In this document: one piece after another, positions 1 to 15,492 of the stretch
How positions within the stretch are numbered: the first letter of the stretch is position 1
How the letters are laid out: each line of letters starts with the position of its first letter
Source: Octopus sinensis
Lineage: Eukaryota
NCBI RefSeq assembly: GCF_006345805.1
Contig: NC_042999.1
Coordinates: 43,028,001 to 43,092,000, forward strand
Length of the DNA stretch: 64,000 bases
Reading direction: 5' to 3'
The notes under the pieces: model-generated
What the model was told of the DNA's origin: nothing
Seen by the model: only the letters and a program-made list of their open reading frames with translations
The model's database searches: none
Program-made: the position numbers and the translations under genes

Positions 1-392
1 ACATACATACATATATACATACATACATACATACATATATATATACATACATACATATATATATACATACATACATATATATATATATATACATACATAT
101 ATATATATATACATACATATATATATATATACATACATATATATATATATATATATACATAATATATATACATACATATATATATATATACATACATATA
201 TATATATATACATACATATATATAATACATACATATATATATATATACATACATATATATATATATACATACATATATATATATATACATACATATATAT
301 ATATATACATACATATATATATATATACATATATACATACATATATACATACATACATACATACATATATACATACATACATACATACATAT

Positions 393-423
<31 letters not shown>

Positions 424-719
424 CATACATACATACATATACATATATATATACATACATAACATATATATATATATACATATATATATATACACTATAT
501 ATATACATACATATATAATATATACATACATATATATACATACATATTATATATACATACATATATATATATACATACATATATATATACATACATATAT
601 ATATATACATACATATATATATATACATACATATATATATATACATACATATATATATATATACATACATATATATATATATATACATATATATATACAC
701 ATATATATATACATACATA

Positions 720-760
<41 letters not shown>

Positions 761-808
761 ACATACATATATATATATACATACATATATATATATACAT
801 ATATATAC

Positions 809-839
<31 letters not shown>

Positions 840-975
840 CATATATATATACACATATATATATACACATATATATATACACATATATATACACATATAT
901 ATATACACATATATATACACATATATATATACACATATATATACACACATATATATACACATATATATACACATA
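1..975. repeat. (TACA/TATA)n compound microsatellite
   Basis: Continuous ATAC/ATAT repeats; the source of the YI/YM-rich pseudo-ORFs. Confidence 0.95.
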
Positions 976-1094
976 TATGGGAGGTACATGTGTGTATAAA
1001 AGTATTTAAAGAACGGTAAGAAGAAAGTATGAGCAATGAATGGTATGAAATAAAGTCAGAAAATTATGTGTATGAGTATAATTCCTGCATGCAC

Positions 1095-1141
<47 letters not shown>

Positions 1142-1627
1142 ATGTGTGTGTGGTGAGAGTGGAGAAGAAACAAATTGCTAACATTTTCGGAATAAAAGAA
1201 ATAATATTAATTCACCTACATGGAGAAAATCCGTATGAAGGAGTTTCTATAGATTACAAGACACATATATATATATACATGTGTATGTGTGTGTATATAC
1301 GTCAGGAAAGTATATGTATATATGGGAGTATGGGTATGTGTAGGTACATATGTATGTATGTATGTATGCATGTAGGTAGGTTTGAAAATTTTGAAAACGA
1401 TTCCAAACAGTATATGTTTATGGAACTCTGGGAAAATCAATCAATCACAGTTGCCATAACAAAGTATGTAAAATGTATGCAATTTACATAAGTACAATGA
1501 CAAGATGATGTTTCCACAGGCAACAGCGCTGCCTGTCACTGCTTCTATTGGCAGAAGCAATAATGGTCTTTGATGAAAGGGTACATGTATGTGTGTGTGT
1601 GTGTGTTTGTTTGTATGTATGAGTGGG

Positions 1628-1669
<42 letters not shown>

Positions 1670-2029
1670 GAGAGAGACAGGGACATTTGAAATGGCACGA
1701 TTTCAGCTATAGACAATGGAAGAATATTTCTCTATCTCAAATACACAAACACATTTACTGATTCATAGACACAAACACTGTTTCTGATATAAAAAACAGT
1801 AAAGAGTTTAAGATCCTCTACATCACATACACGCAACACACCCACATAAATATATATATATATATATATATAATACATGCAGTAATATTTCTCAACCCAT
1901 CAATTTTAAGAGACATTTTATTCCAATATATAATAAATATTATTCCACATGGTTTATGTGCAAAACACATACAGGTAATGAATAAATGTACATATAGTGT
2001 GTTATAGCTGAACAAGTCAATGAAGCAGC

Positions 2030-2560
2030 CTCCATGTGGTCACTCAATTTGCTAGATATAACAGTTGAATATCCTTCAAATCATATCCTATCACATTCCA
2101 AAAAGAAAAAAGAGGGAAGGAGGAAAGACCAAATCGTGTAATTCTATAGTCATTAAAAGAGAAAGAGGCAGGATGATTCCAGCTGGAAAGTATTTGATTA
2201 GTTGTGGAACCAGGCCTGAACTAAGACAAGACAAAATATTTTGAAGTATCTAGGAGACTGAAAGGCAAATATTAAAGGAAAATGCAAAATGAAAAAAAAA
2301 TTGTATCTTAATAACCAACCCCATATTAATGAAGATAACAAGGGAGCTTTGCTATGTGGACACTTGACTTGCTAGAAATAAACACCTAATCTTTCTCAAA
2401 TCACACAGTCTACTTGCTATTTTAAAAACATGTGGAAGGATGCACAAAAGTAATGTAGTCATTGTAATATTGTCTCTAGTGGAAAAATAAATTGGTATCA
2501 GTCAAGGATGCAGTGCCTTTGAGCATATGATCTGCTCAATCAGCACTGACGACAACAACA
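2030..2560 (+). mobile_element. Two tandem copies of an old interspersed repeat ending in a (CAA)n tail
   Basis: Both copies start with a gtggtcactc-like/gctaga(a/t)at block, and the second ends gacaacaacaac. A related copy lies at ~6770-6975. Confidence 0.5.
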
Positions 2561-2701
2561 ACTTCGTTAATACACGTAATCAAAGAGTTGTCTTAGAATA
2601 TTTCCTGTAAACAGATTAACAAGAAAAGAAAATGGTTCATTTTGTTGTTGCTCCCCTTTAACCCCCACCGTTACTGCCACTTTTGTTTTCAAATTTGTGA
2701 A

Positions 2702-3060
2702 GACGCTTGCTTCCTAACCACATGGTTCCGGGTTCAGTCCCACACAGTGGGACCTTGTGCAAGTGTCTTCTACTAATCTACTAAATTCTTGGGCTGACCA
2801 AAACCTTGTGAGTGGATCTGGTAGAGAGAAACTGAAAGAAGCCCGTTGTATATGTGTGTTGTGTTTGTTCCCTACTACCGATTGACAACCAGTGTTTGTG
2901 GGTTTATGTTCCCGTAACTTAGCAGTTCAGCAAAAGAGATCGATAAAATAAGCACCAGGCTTAAAAAAAAACAAGTACTGGGGTCGATTCATTTGACTAA
3001 GATTCTTCAAGGCAGTGCTCCAGCATGGCCACAGTCTAATAAGTGAAACAAGCAAAAGAT
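2702..3060 (+). mobile_element. tRNA-derived CORE-like SINE (octopus OR-type)
   Basis: B-box-like ggttcagtccc, ccttgtgcaagtgtctt, an internal (TG)n and the tail gtgctccagcatggcc...gaaacaag. Same family as 31715, 37742, 40128, 53734. Confidence 0.85.
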
Positions 3061-3114
3061 AGAGAGGGGGGGGGGATGTCTACAAAAACATTAATGTTTG
3101 AAATACAAATAATG

Positions 3115-3499
3115 TTTACAAATTTTCAGCACAAGGCCAACAGTTTTTGAGGGGATGGGGAAAGGGAAGCCGATTACATCAATCCTAGTACATGACTGGT
3201 ACTTATTTTATCAACACCCCACCCCAGGAGGATGAAAGGCAAAGTCAACCTTGGCTGAATTTGAACTCAGAATGTAAAACGATATAAATAATAAAAAAAA
3301 AAACACTAACTACAAAGTACTGATACTATATACTACATATACATAATACCTGAGAAATATGATGATGGGCAATGATGAGGGGTAAAGTTGGTGGAACATA
3401 TTGAAACACAAATGCATTTAGGGGATATATGTTAATGAAGGTTCTTTCCTTTCGACTTGGCAGTGGAAGGTGGAAGGTTGCCACCGAGATCACCGGAAA

Positions 3500-3532
<33 letters not shown>

Positions 3533-4380
3533 TGTTCTAATTTATGCAAAAGGCCATCAATTTTTTGAAGTTAAGGGGTTTAGTTAGTCGATTATATTGA
3601 TGACTCTAGTGCTTGGCTGGTACATTATTTTATCAATCCCCCAAAAACATGAATGAAAGGTAGAGTTCTGCCAGGCAGAATTTGAACTCAGAAAGTACAG
3701 AACTGGAACAAATGCCACAAGGCATATTTTCCAATATTCCTAAGGATTCTGCTAGTATACCACCTTTATTTTTATCATTAATTATAATAATGAAATGTAA
3801 TCTAAGATTTGAATCCAAAACATAAAGGGACTACATACTAAACACCATGTGGCATTTAGCTGAAATATATATGTATGTTTGTTTGTTTGTATTGTCATAT
3901 ACCACCAAAATAATGATTGCTTCTAAAATTGGTCACAAAGCCAAGAAGTTGAATGAGAAGTAGTTGATTTCAATCAACCCAGAAGTTGACAGGTACTCTA
4001 TTTTATTGACCCCCAAAAGGGAGGAAAGGCAAAGTTGACCACATGGGAATTGAACTCAGAAAGGAAGTAAATTTAATAGAAAGAATACTTTAAGGTATTT
4101 TTGCCCAAAGATTTAGCAATTTTGCTTACTAACAATAAAAATGTTGACCATCGATTTCTTTTAAGGAACAAGGTGGCATTTTATATTGAAGGGTCTATAG
4201 GCAATAAATGTAGACCTTTCATATAACTGGTGCTTGTTTTACCAACATTCAGAGTAATGAAAGGCCAAGTTGACTCCCTGTGGCATTTGGAACCCAGAAT
4301 GCAGAGGGAGCCAAAACTGAATACGTTAAAGCATTCAGTACAGGTATTTACTATTTCTACCAATTCACCACTGCTAATTC
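3115..4380 (-). mobile_element. Cluster of four Nin/Deu-domain SINE copies (~3115, 3535, 3925, 4170)
   Basis: Each carries the reverse complement of ttctgagttcaaattc...actttgcctttcatcc...gtaccag, variably decayed. Confidence 0.75.
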
Positions 4381-4797
4381 TAATTGAGTTTCTTTCTTAT
4401 GTGCAAGGTCAAAACATTCAATGACAAACAATTCTGTTTGCATGGCATTCATGACCATAAAAAAAGGGACATTAGCAGTGTACGTTTACCAACATGATCT
4501 GGCTTATACCAGGAAACAAAGCAGCTTTGTTGATATCCGCTTCTTATTCACTTGCTGCCACTGCCTTCTTAGAACTTGACTAAAACGGTGGTTCTTTGGG
4601 AGCAAAAAAAAAAATTACAAAGAACAAAAAGTATTTATAAACAACATAATTGTAAAAGTTTCCAAATTGTCACATTTTTTTCTTTTCTTTTTCCACCCAT
4701 ATAATTGATAACATATTCATTCATTTTTTTTTTTTATGGTTAGGGAAATGGAAACAAATTATAATTCCCACATAATGAACTAAGAGTCCAGAAATCA

Positions 4798-4845
<48 letters not shown>

Positions 4846-7800
4846 TGCATGCACACATACATACATGCATACATACATTACGTTTAGTCATTCATGGATC
4901 CATTTATTGATAGTTGGTTTGACACTAGATAACATGAAACTCTGAGTAACCCAATATATTAACAAGTTTTGAAAAATACACATACACACAAGCAAGCACG
5001 GCAGACAGAAATTTCACTGGATGAAAATATCCTTCATTAGGATATTAAAGAATTAAGACTAATGAAGTAATAAGCTAGATCACTTATCAAATGTATGTAA
5101 AAGGTACATTGTGTTACAAAGTATTACAACACACACACACACAAACAAAATATTTATTAGGCAGATCCCAACCACGACCACCACCACTTCTGCTGTTAGA
5201 AAGACCCTGATGAACATAGGCAGTACAGATTCAAACATATCTAACTCTCAGACCTCTTCAGATGATCACCACATTAGAACCATATCTGTGTATGAAGTTG
5301 GTGCCAGACTTAGAGACACAATGAACATCATCATCATCAAATTCAATAACAAACAATTCATCAAAGAGGAGTAAGGCAGTGCTATCTGAGGTGGGACTGC
5401 CAGAAGTGCTGAGAACCTCTTTATAGGGTGTTGTGGAAGAGATAATTAAAACACAAACCAACAGCCTTAAATCTAACACAGTACCCAACTCACACATTCA
5501 TTAATAATATTAACCTGGTAGTCAGTACCGTTTTACACCTAGACATTTAATCACAACATGCAGAATACATTGAGTGTACCTAACAATATTTAGCAAAATA
5601 CTGTCCATGAAAGTATAAAAAAAGTCACAATGGACCACCCTTTCTTTTTGATACCCCCAATAAGAGGTTACCCGTACTAAACACCGAGTTATGGATAGAG
5701 AACGTCATCGTCTGAGACATGCATCTCCCACTCATGCAACATGAAAATTAATTATAAGAAAAAGATTCAGCTGTATCGGAAACTGTCGGAATCAACCTCT
5801 TAACGGTTGACCTTGCAAGAATAATGAGGAATGTATCACAACTGTGTCTACCTCACAAGTGGTGGAAGCATATCTTCTACATGTAAATAGCTAGAGCAAG
5901 GATGGATATATATATATACACTGTTAGAGACAGAGTACATAATGGAATAAAGAAATAATTATTTACTACAGAATACTACAGATTGTGTTCTTGATATAAC
6001 AAATTCCGAGGTAAAGATAGAAAGAAAAAACAAGCAACTAAATTTACTACATGATATTGTAATACAAAGTTCCATAATAAAGTCTGTACATTCTACACTA
6101 AGAGTGAAATAGTAAACAGATTTAGAAATATCTTACAGGAAAAATTAATTTTAATATGAAGGTCAATTTGCGAAAAAAAACAAAAAAAAAAAAACAGAGA
6201 TCGTTTGTTATATATAAATTTTACTGTTTCGGAGAAAAAGACATGCAGTAAAGATTGTAAAATTTGTATAACGAACACAACTTCAAGAAAAAAAAAATTT
6301 CAGTGTGTATTGCATAAGGTGTTTGGAGAGGTCATATGAGACCTCACTGAATAGTATACAGGAAAGGAAATTTAGGTGATAAATAGAAAAAAAAAAAAAT
6401 TGAAAAACATAGATAAATCATTCCTTTTGATGTAGCTTTTTCAATGTTCTATCGACATACACTGGACAAACAAGATGGATAGATAAATAGCTATGATGTG
6501 GGTATAGCAACACATCTAAAATATCTGAGAATCTGTAATAGAGGAATGCAGACTTCAAGGGCACTCTCCTAAATTTGAGAATAACAACACCAATGCACTT
6601 TACTCAAGGTAGAACCCCCTATACTATTTTTACTTTTCTTATATTAGACATATCTACTATTCTATTATTTTGCAGTTTTAACCTAATTACAAAATGCAAT
6701 ATATATATATATATATGCCTGGTTACATCAAATTACCCAAACAAAACAACCATGAGCCAAGAAAGGAATGTCTATGTTCTACTGGGTCACTCAAGCTGCC
6801 AGAAATAGGAACCAAATCTCCCTCATTTCACACTCCACGATTACCTTTAAAAGGGTTAAATTAGTGTAGTCGAACCTAAATCATCTCTGAATAAAGGAAG
6901 GGATGGTCACAGCTGGAATGCTTTTGATCATAGGTCTGCTTGACCAGAGATGATTCGTTGCGGCTGAACAACAAAACTTTCCTCCAACATAAAATACAGA
7001 AAACTAAAAAAAAAAAATTTTTTTAAGTGGAAAAATGAAGGAAGTTGCTCAAGATTCCAATTTTAATCTACGGACCCCCTCATGCTAATATATGTATGCC
7101 ATGGTTGTGTATATAGGGACCCCACTGCATTGTTTTGCATGGGAGGCTATAAAGCTGCTAAGGAGGTTCTGCAGCCATCCTATCACCCACAATAGTTCTT
7201 CAAAATGGCTTTATAACCACTGATAGCACCATAAGCATTATGCTGAAGGGAATGGAAGTATAGTGATGTAAACAGCAAAAATATGCTTCAGAGGGAAAGT
7301 ACAAAGAGGACATCATCATCAGTTACCATTAAAATGACAGGATGAACATGGTTGACCATAAGTTCACTCAATCATGAATTGACCAAGAAGAGAGACAACA
7401 GCAAAATTATCAACACTATGAACCTATCACCAACATCACAATGATGTTATATGTAGACGCACACAAAATAAAGTCACAAACCATAGGACGAATTAGGCTA
7501 TTGAGCAACAACTTGCTGAAGAATCAAATTGCAAATTTTTGAGGATACAAGAGCAAACACAAGTGATAGGACAAGACAGAGTGGGGGAGCAAACAAATAA
7601 GAAAAAAGGAGAAAGAGAAAACATAAGTCACCACAACATATCAACGTTTTTCCCTTTTTTGTTTTTTTACTAAATACGGTGAATGATCAAATTTGGATTA
7701 TTTTGTTAAAATCTCAGAGTATATAACAATATATTGTGCATATTTAATGAATTCAGAAGACAACTACCATGCAGTTGTTTTAATTTGAACACCCAGCCTT

Positions 7801-7906
7801 AGATAAAATATTTTTACTAAACAAGACAAGAGCCACAAAGTAATTATATGTGTGTGTCTGTGTGTATGTATTATGTGTATTGTGTGTGTGTGAGTGTGTA
7901 GTTTAA

Positions 7907-8112
7907 CCCTTTAGCATTCAGATTAAATTGTATCATGATTCTTAGTGAAATTGTTTTGAATTAATCAGGCATCATTGCATACCTTCGAGATTTTGATGAT
8001 GTGATTGTATATTTTTTTGAATGACATTGTAAGATAAATGTCACAGACACAGTCTAGTCAGTTTGGACATAAAACAGGTAGAATATTTCAACCGGATTTG
8101 GCCAGTTTAAAT
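7907..8112. mobile_element. piggyBac-type MITE, decayed right end
   Basis: TTAA|CCCTTTAGCATTCAGATT start; same family as 53496-53708. Confidence 0.6.
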
Positions 8113-10622
8113 AGACTAATTGTAATGTTTTTAAAATGCGGTTAAACAGCTTTGCGGCTGAATCCAAGATGGCAATGTCAGTAAACAGTAGAAGATGTCT
8201 TTGAATTGAGTAGAAACTTTTTCAAAATCAAGAATGTGTTTTTAATATAGGCACTATCTAATAATTGTAATAATAGATGAAAGAAAGACCATGTCTATTC
8301 TGCATAAATTTGTTATTGAAAACGAAATAATTTTTTTTTTAAATACTTGCATAGCTTATGAACAAGAGGAGTTTAGGGAGGAGGGGACATCTATCTAAAG
8401 TAATGATGTAAAGCATGCTTGCATATATTACACACACACAATGTCGTATATCTATGAGGAAGAGAGAGAAATTTACATTCAACACATAAATACATGCATG
8501 TGAGAGTACAAAAGGTGAAGAAAAGTACTCAATATATTTAACAGAGCTTATTTGTTTAAACTGCTCCTTCACTCTGTTGCTTCTTGGTGTCTTTTGCTTA
8601 TGTGCACTCATTCAGATGACACTTATGGAATGTGGATTATTATGGATTACCAGCTTGAAATAAACATATCCACACACACACACACAAATATACATGGATT
8701 TATTAACATTACAGTGCTACAATAATTGTAATAGTATACACTTCATTAAAAATTCAAATAATTCACTAAATGGGGAAAAAAATAAAAAAACACACACTCA
8801 ACTATTAAACTTAAGAGCAGCTTTTAAGACCTTCAAATAAATCCAGTTATATCAATAATAATAATACATATATTGATTTGTGTACTGTAAGAAAACAAAT
8901 CATTATGTATTTTGCAAATGCACAGCTTTTTACCAACTCAACCATTAATTTTTTCATTATTACCATTATTATCATTATTATTATTATTATTATTATGTTC
9001 CTTTTAATGTGGAAGTCAGTGAGACTGTGCGTTTGAATTTTCAATTTATCTCCTATACAAAAACAAAATACAACTAGAAGTACTGTAAGAAATGTGATAG
9101 TAATTGGTAACCATTTACTAATTGCTTGTTTGGAATTTTGTGGAAGAGAAAGACAACCTGAAGGGAAATGTTCAAGTCACATTAAACCTAGACCTAACGA
9201 ATCTTACATCAAATGATACCAGAACCATCAGAATCACAATATGGAAATTAACACTTTCTGAGTATCTTAACAGATATACAATGAGTAGAGGTTTGTAGAG
9301 AAGAAAAAAAAAAGGTGTATGCATATGTGCACACAGGTGTAGTATGGCCAAATGGTTAAAGAGCTCACTTGTCATGAGGTATGGTTTTGATTCGGCTGAA
9401 TAACATCCTGGGCAAGGGTAGTTTTCTATGGCTTTGGGTACAGAATACCTAAGGAATGAAATAAAGTAGAGAGAAACTACATAGAAGCCAGCTGAATGTC
9501 TTGTACCATTATTTCAAAGATCCAGCCTTGCCACACTATATCAAGAACATTCTCTCAAGAATTAGATTAATAGTATGTCTGTGAATACTCAGCCACGTAC
9601 ATGCTAATTCTATGAACCTGGTAGTATAGTTGATTGAACACTCATGACTGGAAATTCTGGCTTAGATCCATTTTATTCATACAGACACACACACGCACAA
9701 CTATGGATTATAATTCATGTATTCACAATTTCCTTTCATTAAGATTTTTTTTAATAAAATCGTTAGATTATAAATTGATTATTAAGGTTCTATGAATTAG
9801 AATAATCAATATTAATATTGGAATAACTTGAGTGAGTTAAACGTCACTCGCGTTGTTCAGAAATAATCTATTACAACCACTTGTCTTTTTTTAAATACTT
9901 TCTCCAACTTATTTTATGTTTAAATAAAAATTGTTTAATATACTTTTTTTAGTATTTACTACCCACTGCCTTCCCCAAATATATATGTGTGTGTGTGCAT
10001 ATATATGAGAGAGAGAGAGAGAGATATGGAGGCAGATATACACACACATATACAAAAATATTCTTTCCTCAATCTCAGTTATTTGAAACATATACATGAT
10101 ACTGAAGACAATAGTTTAAAACACCATAAAAATTCAATAAAACACGGGAAATAATAGTTTCAAAGTGCATATGAGACATTATTGTTCTCTTGTTTTGACT
10201 GATGGTACTCATAAAAGCATTAAAACATTAGTAGTAAAAAAAAAAAAATTTTTTTAATGAAAGACCCTTCTCCTCCTGAAATATACACATACAAACATAT
10301 ATCAAAAACAAAATCAATTTATTACCTAATTAAAAAGATATGAAGAGAAACTGAGTGAATGAATTAATTAAAATAAACAATAAGATAAAGATACTGGGAT
10401 ATGGAAAAAGATATGAATCTCAGAGGATAGCATTTATTCAAAGATGCGAAGATCACATGTCAGAAAAGTTGCATAACAACTTTCCTTCAAATTACAGAGA
10501 GTTCTAATGTTTCAAATTGGCAGTCCTTTTGCCTGAATAGAAACAAGGATTCATGTTAAATGCTCTACTAGTTGAGCCAAATTATTCATTACTAACAGAA
10601 GAATGCATTATATATATATATA

Positions 10623-10856
10623 TATTTCTTTACTGCCCACAAGAGGCTAAACATAGAGGGGACAAACAAGGACAGACAAAGGGATTAAGTCGTTTACATC
10701 GACCCCAGTGCGTAACTGGTACTTTATTTATCGACCCCGAAAGGATGAAAAACAAAGTCGACCTCGGCGGAATTTGAACTCAGAACGTAACGGCAGACGA
10801 AATACGGCTACGCATTTCGCCCGGCGTGCTAACGTTTCTGCCAGCTCACCGCCTTC
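10623..10856 (-). mobile_element. Young full-length Nin/Deu-domain SINE inserted in (AT)n
   Basis: Intact tRNA-like head (B box gttcaaatt) and Deu-like core tcatcctttcggggtcgataaa; (AT)n on both flanks; close match to 46951-47180. Confidence 0.9.
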
Positions 10857-10893
<37 letters not shown>

Positions 10894-11422
10894 ATGCACA
10901 CACACATATATGTGTGCATCAATTTATACATGTGCATCCATATACATGCATACAGACATACATACGTGTGTGTGTGTGTGTATCATGTAGGTGCAGTATA
11001 GCTAAATGGTTCAGATGTCCACATTGTTACCATGGGGTTTGGGTTCAATCCCACACAGGAGCATCTTGCACAAATGTTAATTTTTTTTTTTTTTGTCTTT
11101 CTTTTATGCATGAATGAGAGATTCAGTTGATGGAAGCTGGACTGATTGTCGGGTGGCCTGTACTTGTAATTCCAATGGCCCAGCTTTGTCATGCACTGAG
11201 TCAAGCTGATTCTGCCTCAGAATTACAATAAGGGTACACATGACTGTGACTGTGGAACATTCAACCACTTACCTGCTAATCCAGGAACAGCCTATTCAGC
11301 CAAACAAACAACTGAATCGTCATCATGAAATGACCATCACCGTGTATGCACACACACACACACACACACCAACATACATAGATGTACTTATATATACACA
11401 TATATATATATGTATGTATGTA

Positions 11423-11466
<44 letters not shown>

Positions 11467-11710
11467 CACACACACACACGGCACTTGCACATGCATACAT
11501 TTATATACGCAAATTCAAATGTATATTCAAATATATACACATGTAAATTACACACACACACACACACACACACGCATACACCATACAAAAATTTATTCAT
11601 TGTGTTTATTTTTCCTGTTGAAGTTTTTTCTTTTTATTTAATTTTTATTTTCTTTGTTAACATAAACTGTAAGAAGAACTCACGAATGCTAATGGAAGGG
11701 CTTGAGTTTT

Positions 11711-11745
<35 letters not shown>

Positions 11746-14700
11746 CATCATTGTTATTATTATCATTTCTTTTCATTTATAAAATTTGGCACAACCATTG
11801 TAATCTATTTGAAGAGCAGAAACATATGAAGATTCTATCTAGATAAAAAGGGGGAAAAAATCCCTCTCACCCCCCACTCCCACCCACTGAAAATACGAAA
11901 CAATAAAAGAAAGAGGAAGGAGAGAAAAAAAAATGGATACAAATATTTGTAATAAAACAATCTTTGATATACAGCTGCTGTCTGAAAAAAATATCACAGG
12001 ATCTATTGCCGCGAGAGTTTGTTTCTTCATGTACACACACATGCATAGAGATAAATGCACACACATATAAACACACACACACACACATGCACACAAATAT
12101 ACATGTCTATATGTAGATTTGTGTATGTGTATACACACATGCACACACATACATACACAAAAGAGAGACACAAGGAATTATTGATTTTGTATGGGTAAAT
12201 TCTTCTACCCATCAGTTTAAAAAGAAAAAGAAAAATATTTTAATTATAAAGAAAATGAAATAAGGGCCAAACAGATGGGAGGAAAAGGGAGAGGAAGACA
12301 TAAGATAGGACCAACTAATTTGTAACAATAAAAAATAGAAGCTAAAGAAAATTGAAATGGAAGACTTATTTACTAACCCAGCTCCTAACATATATTTCTT
12401 AGTCACTATTTACAGTGGTATAGAGAGAATAATAATAATAATATTAATAATAATAATCCTTTCTACTATGAGCATAAGGTTTGAAATTTGTGGGGAAAGG
12501 TTACGCAATTATTTTGACCCCAGTGCTCAACTGGTATTTATTTTATCAACCTAAAAGGATCAAAGCCACAGCTGACCTTTGCAGAATTTAAATTCAGAAC
12601 ATAAAGACAGCAGAAATGCCATGAAGCATTTTTGTTTAGCATGCTACAAGAAGAAGAAGTATTGTTTTTAAATTCTAATGATAACTGTGAAAAATCTAAT
12701 AGTCTACTTGTCTAATATAAAGGAGAGTCTTTTTTTATAGCATAACTATGAGTATTTAAGGGGAAAAAAACATTAAAGAGAAATTCAGATTTTGAACTAA
12801 TAAAAAAATTTTTTTTCTTTAATGAAACACAAAAATAAAAAAGCCAAATAATTTAGAAAGTAGTTTTAAATCAGGGAAAAAAAAATTTGTAACACTTTTT
12901 CCAAGACATTTGGTATTGCTACTCATTCACAAACGTAATATAGATATAGCTAAATATGGAGTAATAAATGCTAATTATTATTATTATCTATTATTAATGT
13001 TAAAATGAAACAGCCCAAAACAAAGAGAATATAATGATAGTTTCATGATATTTTATCCACACAAACCACTGCAGTTTCGAATTGGCAAGATGGCGGTGTT
13101 AGCTGGGAATCTGTTGTCATCATGATCATCATCATGTTTATGAAGCTACGAGTTGCGATTAAATATAATACTACTGCTATTCTCTATCATAGAATTTTCC
13201 TTATCATAGTAGTTAGAATTTACATAAATTATTCACTGAGACTTATCTTTAAAAAAATGTTTAATTCAATTTGGCCATCTGAAAAAAAAAAAATCGAAGC
13301 AGAGTTGCTTCCCTTTACAGTAGGGGAGATAAGTAACATTGGTGAAGACTAAAAGGCCGATGAGCGAAATACTTTTGATTTCTTCAAACGGTTCGACGAC
13401 CATCAAAACTTTAAATCTTTGTTCATATTAGATACGACAGAGAGTAAAAGGAGAAATGTTGGGGATTTTCTTTTAAACGGAAAATAAAAGAAAGATAATT
13501 TTAATCAATGTATATCTGATTGAATTTTCACAATATTTTTCGTTTAAACATGATCATTAAAAAAATGTTTTCATTTCATTGAAACTGACAAACTGGAAGC
13601 ACAGTATACTAAATAAGAATTATTATTATTATTATTATTATTATCATTATTTAAAGAGAAAAGAGACGAGGATACACAACCAAGCTAACTTTTAAAATTG
13701 AATAACATTTCATTTTTAACTTCGTTAAACAACTTCTTAAAACTCACTGGTAAAAAGTAACTGAATTTAGTTCAAAAGATAAAAACTGAAGAAAAAATTT
13801 ATAAGAAAAAAGGGAGGGATGAGGAAATACTTTAAATAAAGTAAAAAAAAACAAAAACAAAAGAAAAAAACATAGGAATAAAGCAAAAATTAATAATAAA
13901 CACAAAACAAAAAATAGCAAACTAATTTTAATATGAAGAAAACGTTATGTTCTGTTCATAAAGATCCCCCTACCCGCAAATCAATTCCTGGAGAGAAAAA
14001 AAAAATTAAAATGAAGCAATTCAAAATAGTTACATCAGGACATGTAGATGAATGGCAAAATAATTTCATTTTCAAATCCAAACGTTTGAAAGAATTCAAC
14101 ACAAGAAAAGTTCAGAAGTTCAGAGTATAAGGTACGAAGAATCCTGACTTAGAGAGAGAGTAGAAACCTACATAGTGCTTACAAAGTAATTCTTAAGCTT
14201 TCGGGGAAGGCACCTTACATGATGATAATTATTATTATTATTATTATTATTATTATTTGCTACATCTATGTTTGACTAGTGTGAGATACGAGGGGGGAAA
14301 ACAGTTGTTCGAAGTTCTCACTTCACAAGAGAGATGTTCTTGTTTTTGCTAATGAACTCCAAGTTGAGCAATAAGAGTTTCAACCTTTTGGTACATACAT
14401 ACATACATAAGAAAAAAAATGCTGATATCTAAACATTGGCAGAGTCATCCAATCCAGGTAACATGATAGAGAGGAGGAGAGATCATTTGTATTATTATTT
14501 ATTATTATTATTATTATTATAAAAAAGAGATTTTGGAATGAATACAGCGAGGTGGTTTTTTTTTTTTCTTTTTTTTTTTCACATTTTGAAATGAACCATT
14601 AGAGTTAGCCTTGAAACAGCTGTAAATATGCAGTTTTGGAGACAAGAAAGTAACATAATAATAATAATAATAATAATAATGATAATAATTAAAGGTGGTA

Positions 14701-14830
14701 GTAGTGGGTTCAAATTTTAGCACAAGGCTAACATTTCCCAGTAAGTTAATTTCCCAGTGCTTAACTGATACTTATGTTACCAAGCCTGATAGGATGAAAG
14801 GCAAAGTTGACCCTAGCAGAAGTTAAATTC

Positions 14831-14862
<32 letters not shown>

Positions 14863-15227
14863 TAATAATAATAATAATTAATAATAATAAATAATAATAA
14901 TAATAAAATACAATGAATGACTGATAATTAAATAATCAAAAATAAATTTTCACATTTTACAATAATAATGTCTTAGGGATACAAGAACTATAGCAGAAAC
15001 TCATTTTGGACAAAGGCAGTAAAAAAAAAATAATTAAAATAAGGATGGGTGAACTGAGGGAAAAATATACGTTTTGAATTTGAATGAATCATTTAAGTTG
15101 TTTAGAATAATTCAATTTTTAAAATTTCTTTCGGATTATAGTATTATGGTGCCCATCTTCATATTGTTTCTCGCATATAACTGATTAATTCATAGCTTGT
15201 TTATCAATACTATTTATAAATACTGTT

Positions 15228-15492
15228 CAGCCTCGCCTGGGCCCCGTGCCGGTGTCATATAAAAAGCACCATCCGATCGTGGCCGTTTGCCAGACTTGTC
15301 TGGCACCTGTGCCGGTGGCACGTAAAAAGCACCTACAACACTCATGGAGTGGTTGGCATTAGGAAGGGCATCCAGCTGTAGAAACATCGCCAGATCAAAA
15401 TGGGCCTGGTGCAGCCTTCTGGCTTCCCAGACCCCAGTTGAACTGTCCAACCCATGCTAGCATGGAAAGTGGACGCTAAACGATGATGATGA
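15228..15492 (+). mobile_element. RTE LINE 3' end (3' UTR) fragment with (GAT)n tail
   Basis: Contains gtggcacgtaaaaagcacc repeats, aggaagggcatccagctgtagaaac and ggacgctaaacgatgatgatgat. Confidence 0.8.

Noticed and set aside
13355-13390. Hammerhead-like ccgatgagcgaaa
   Set aside because: U4 is C, and no adjacent stem I or stem III pairing can be drawn.
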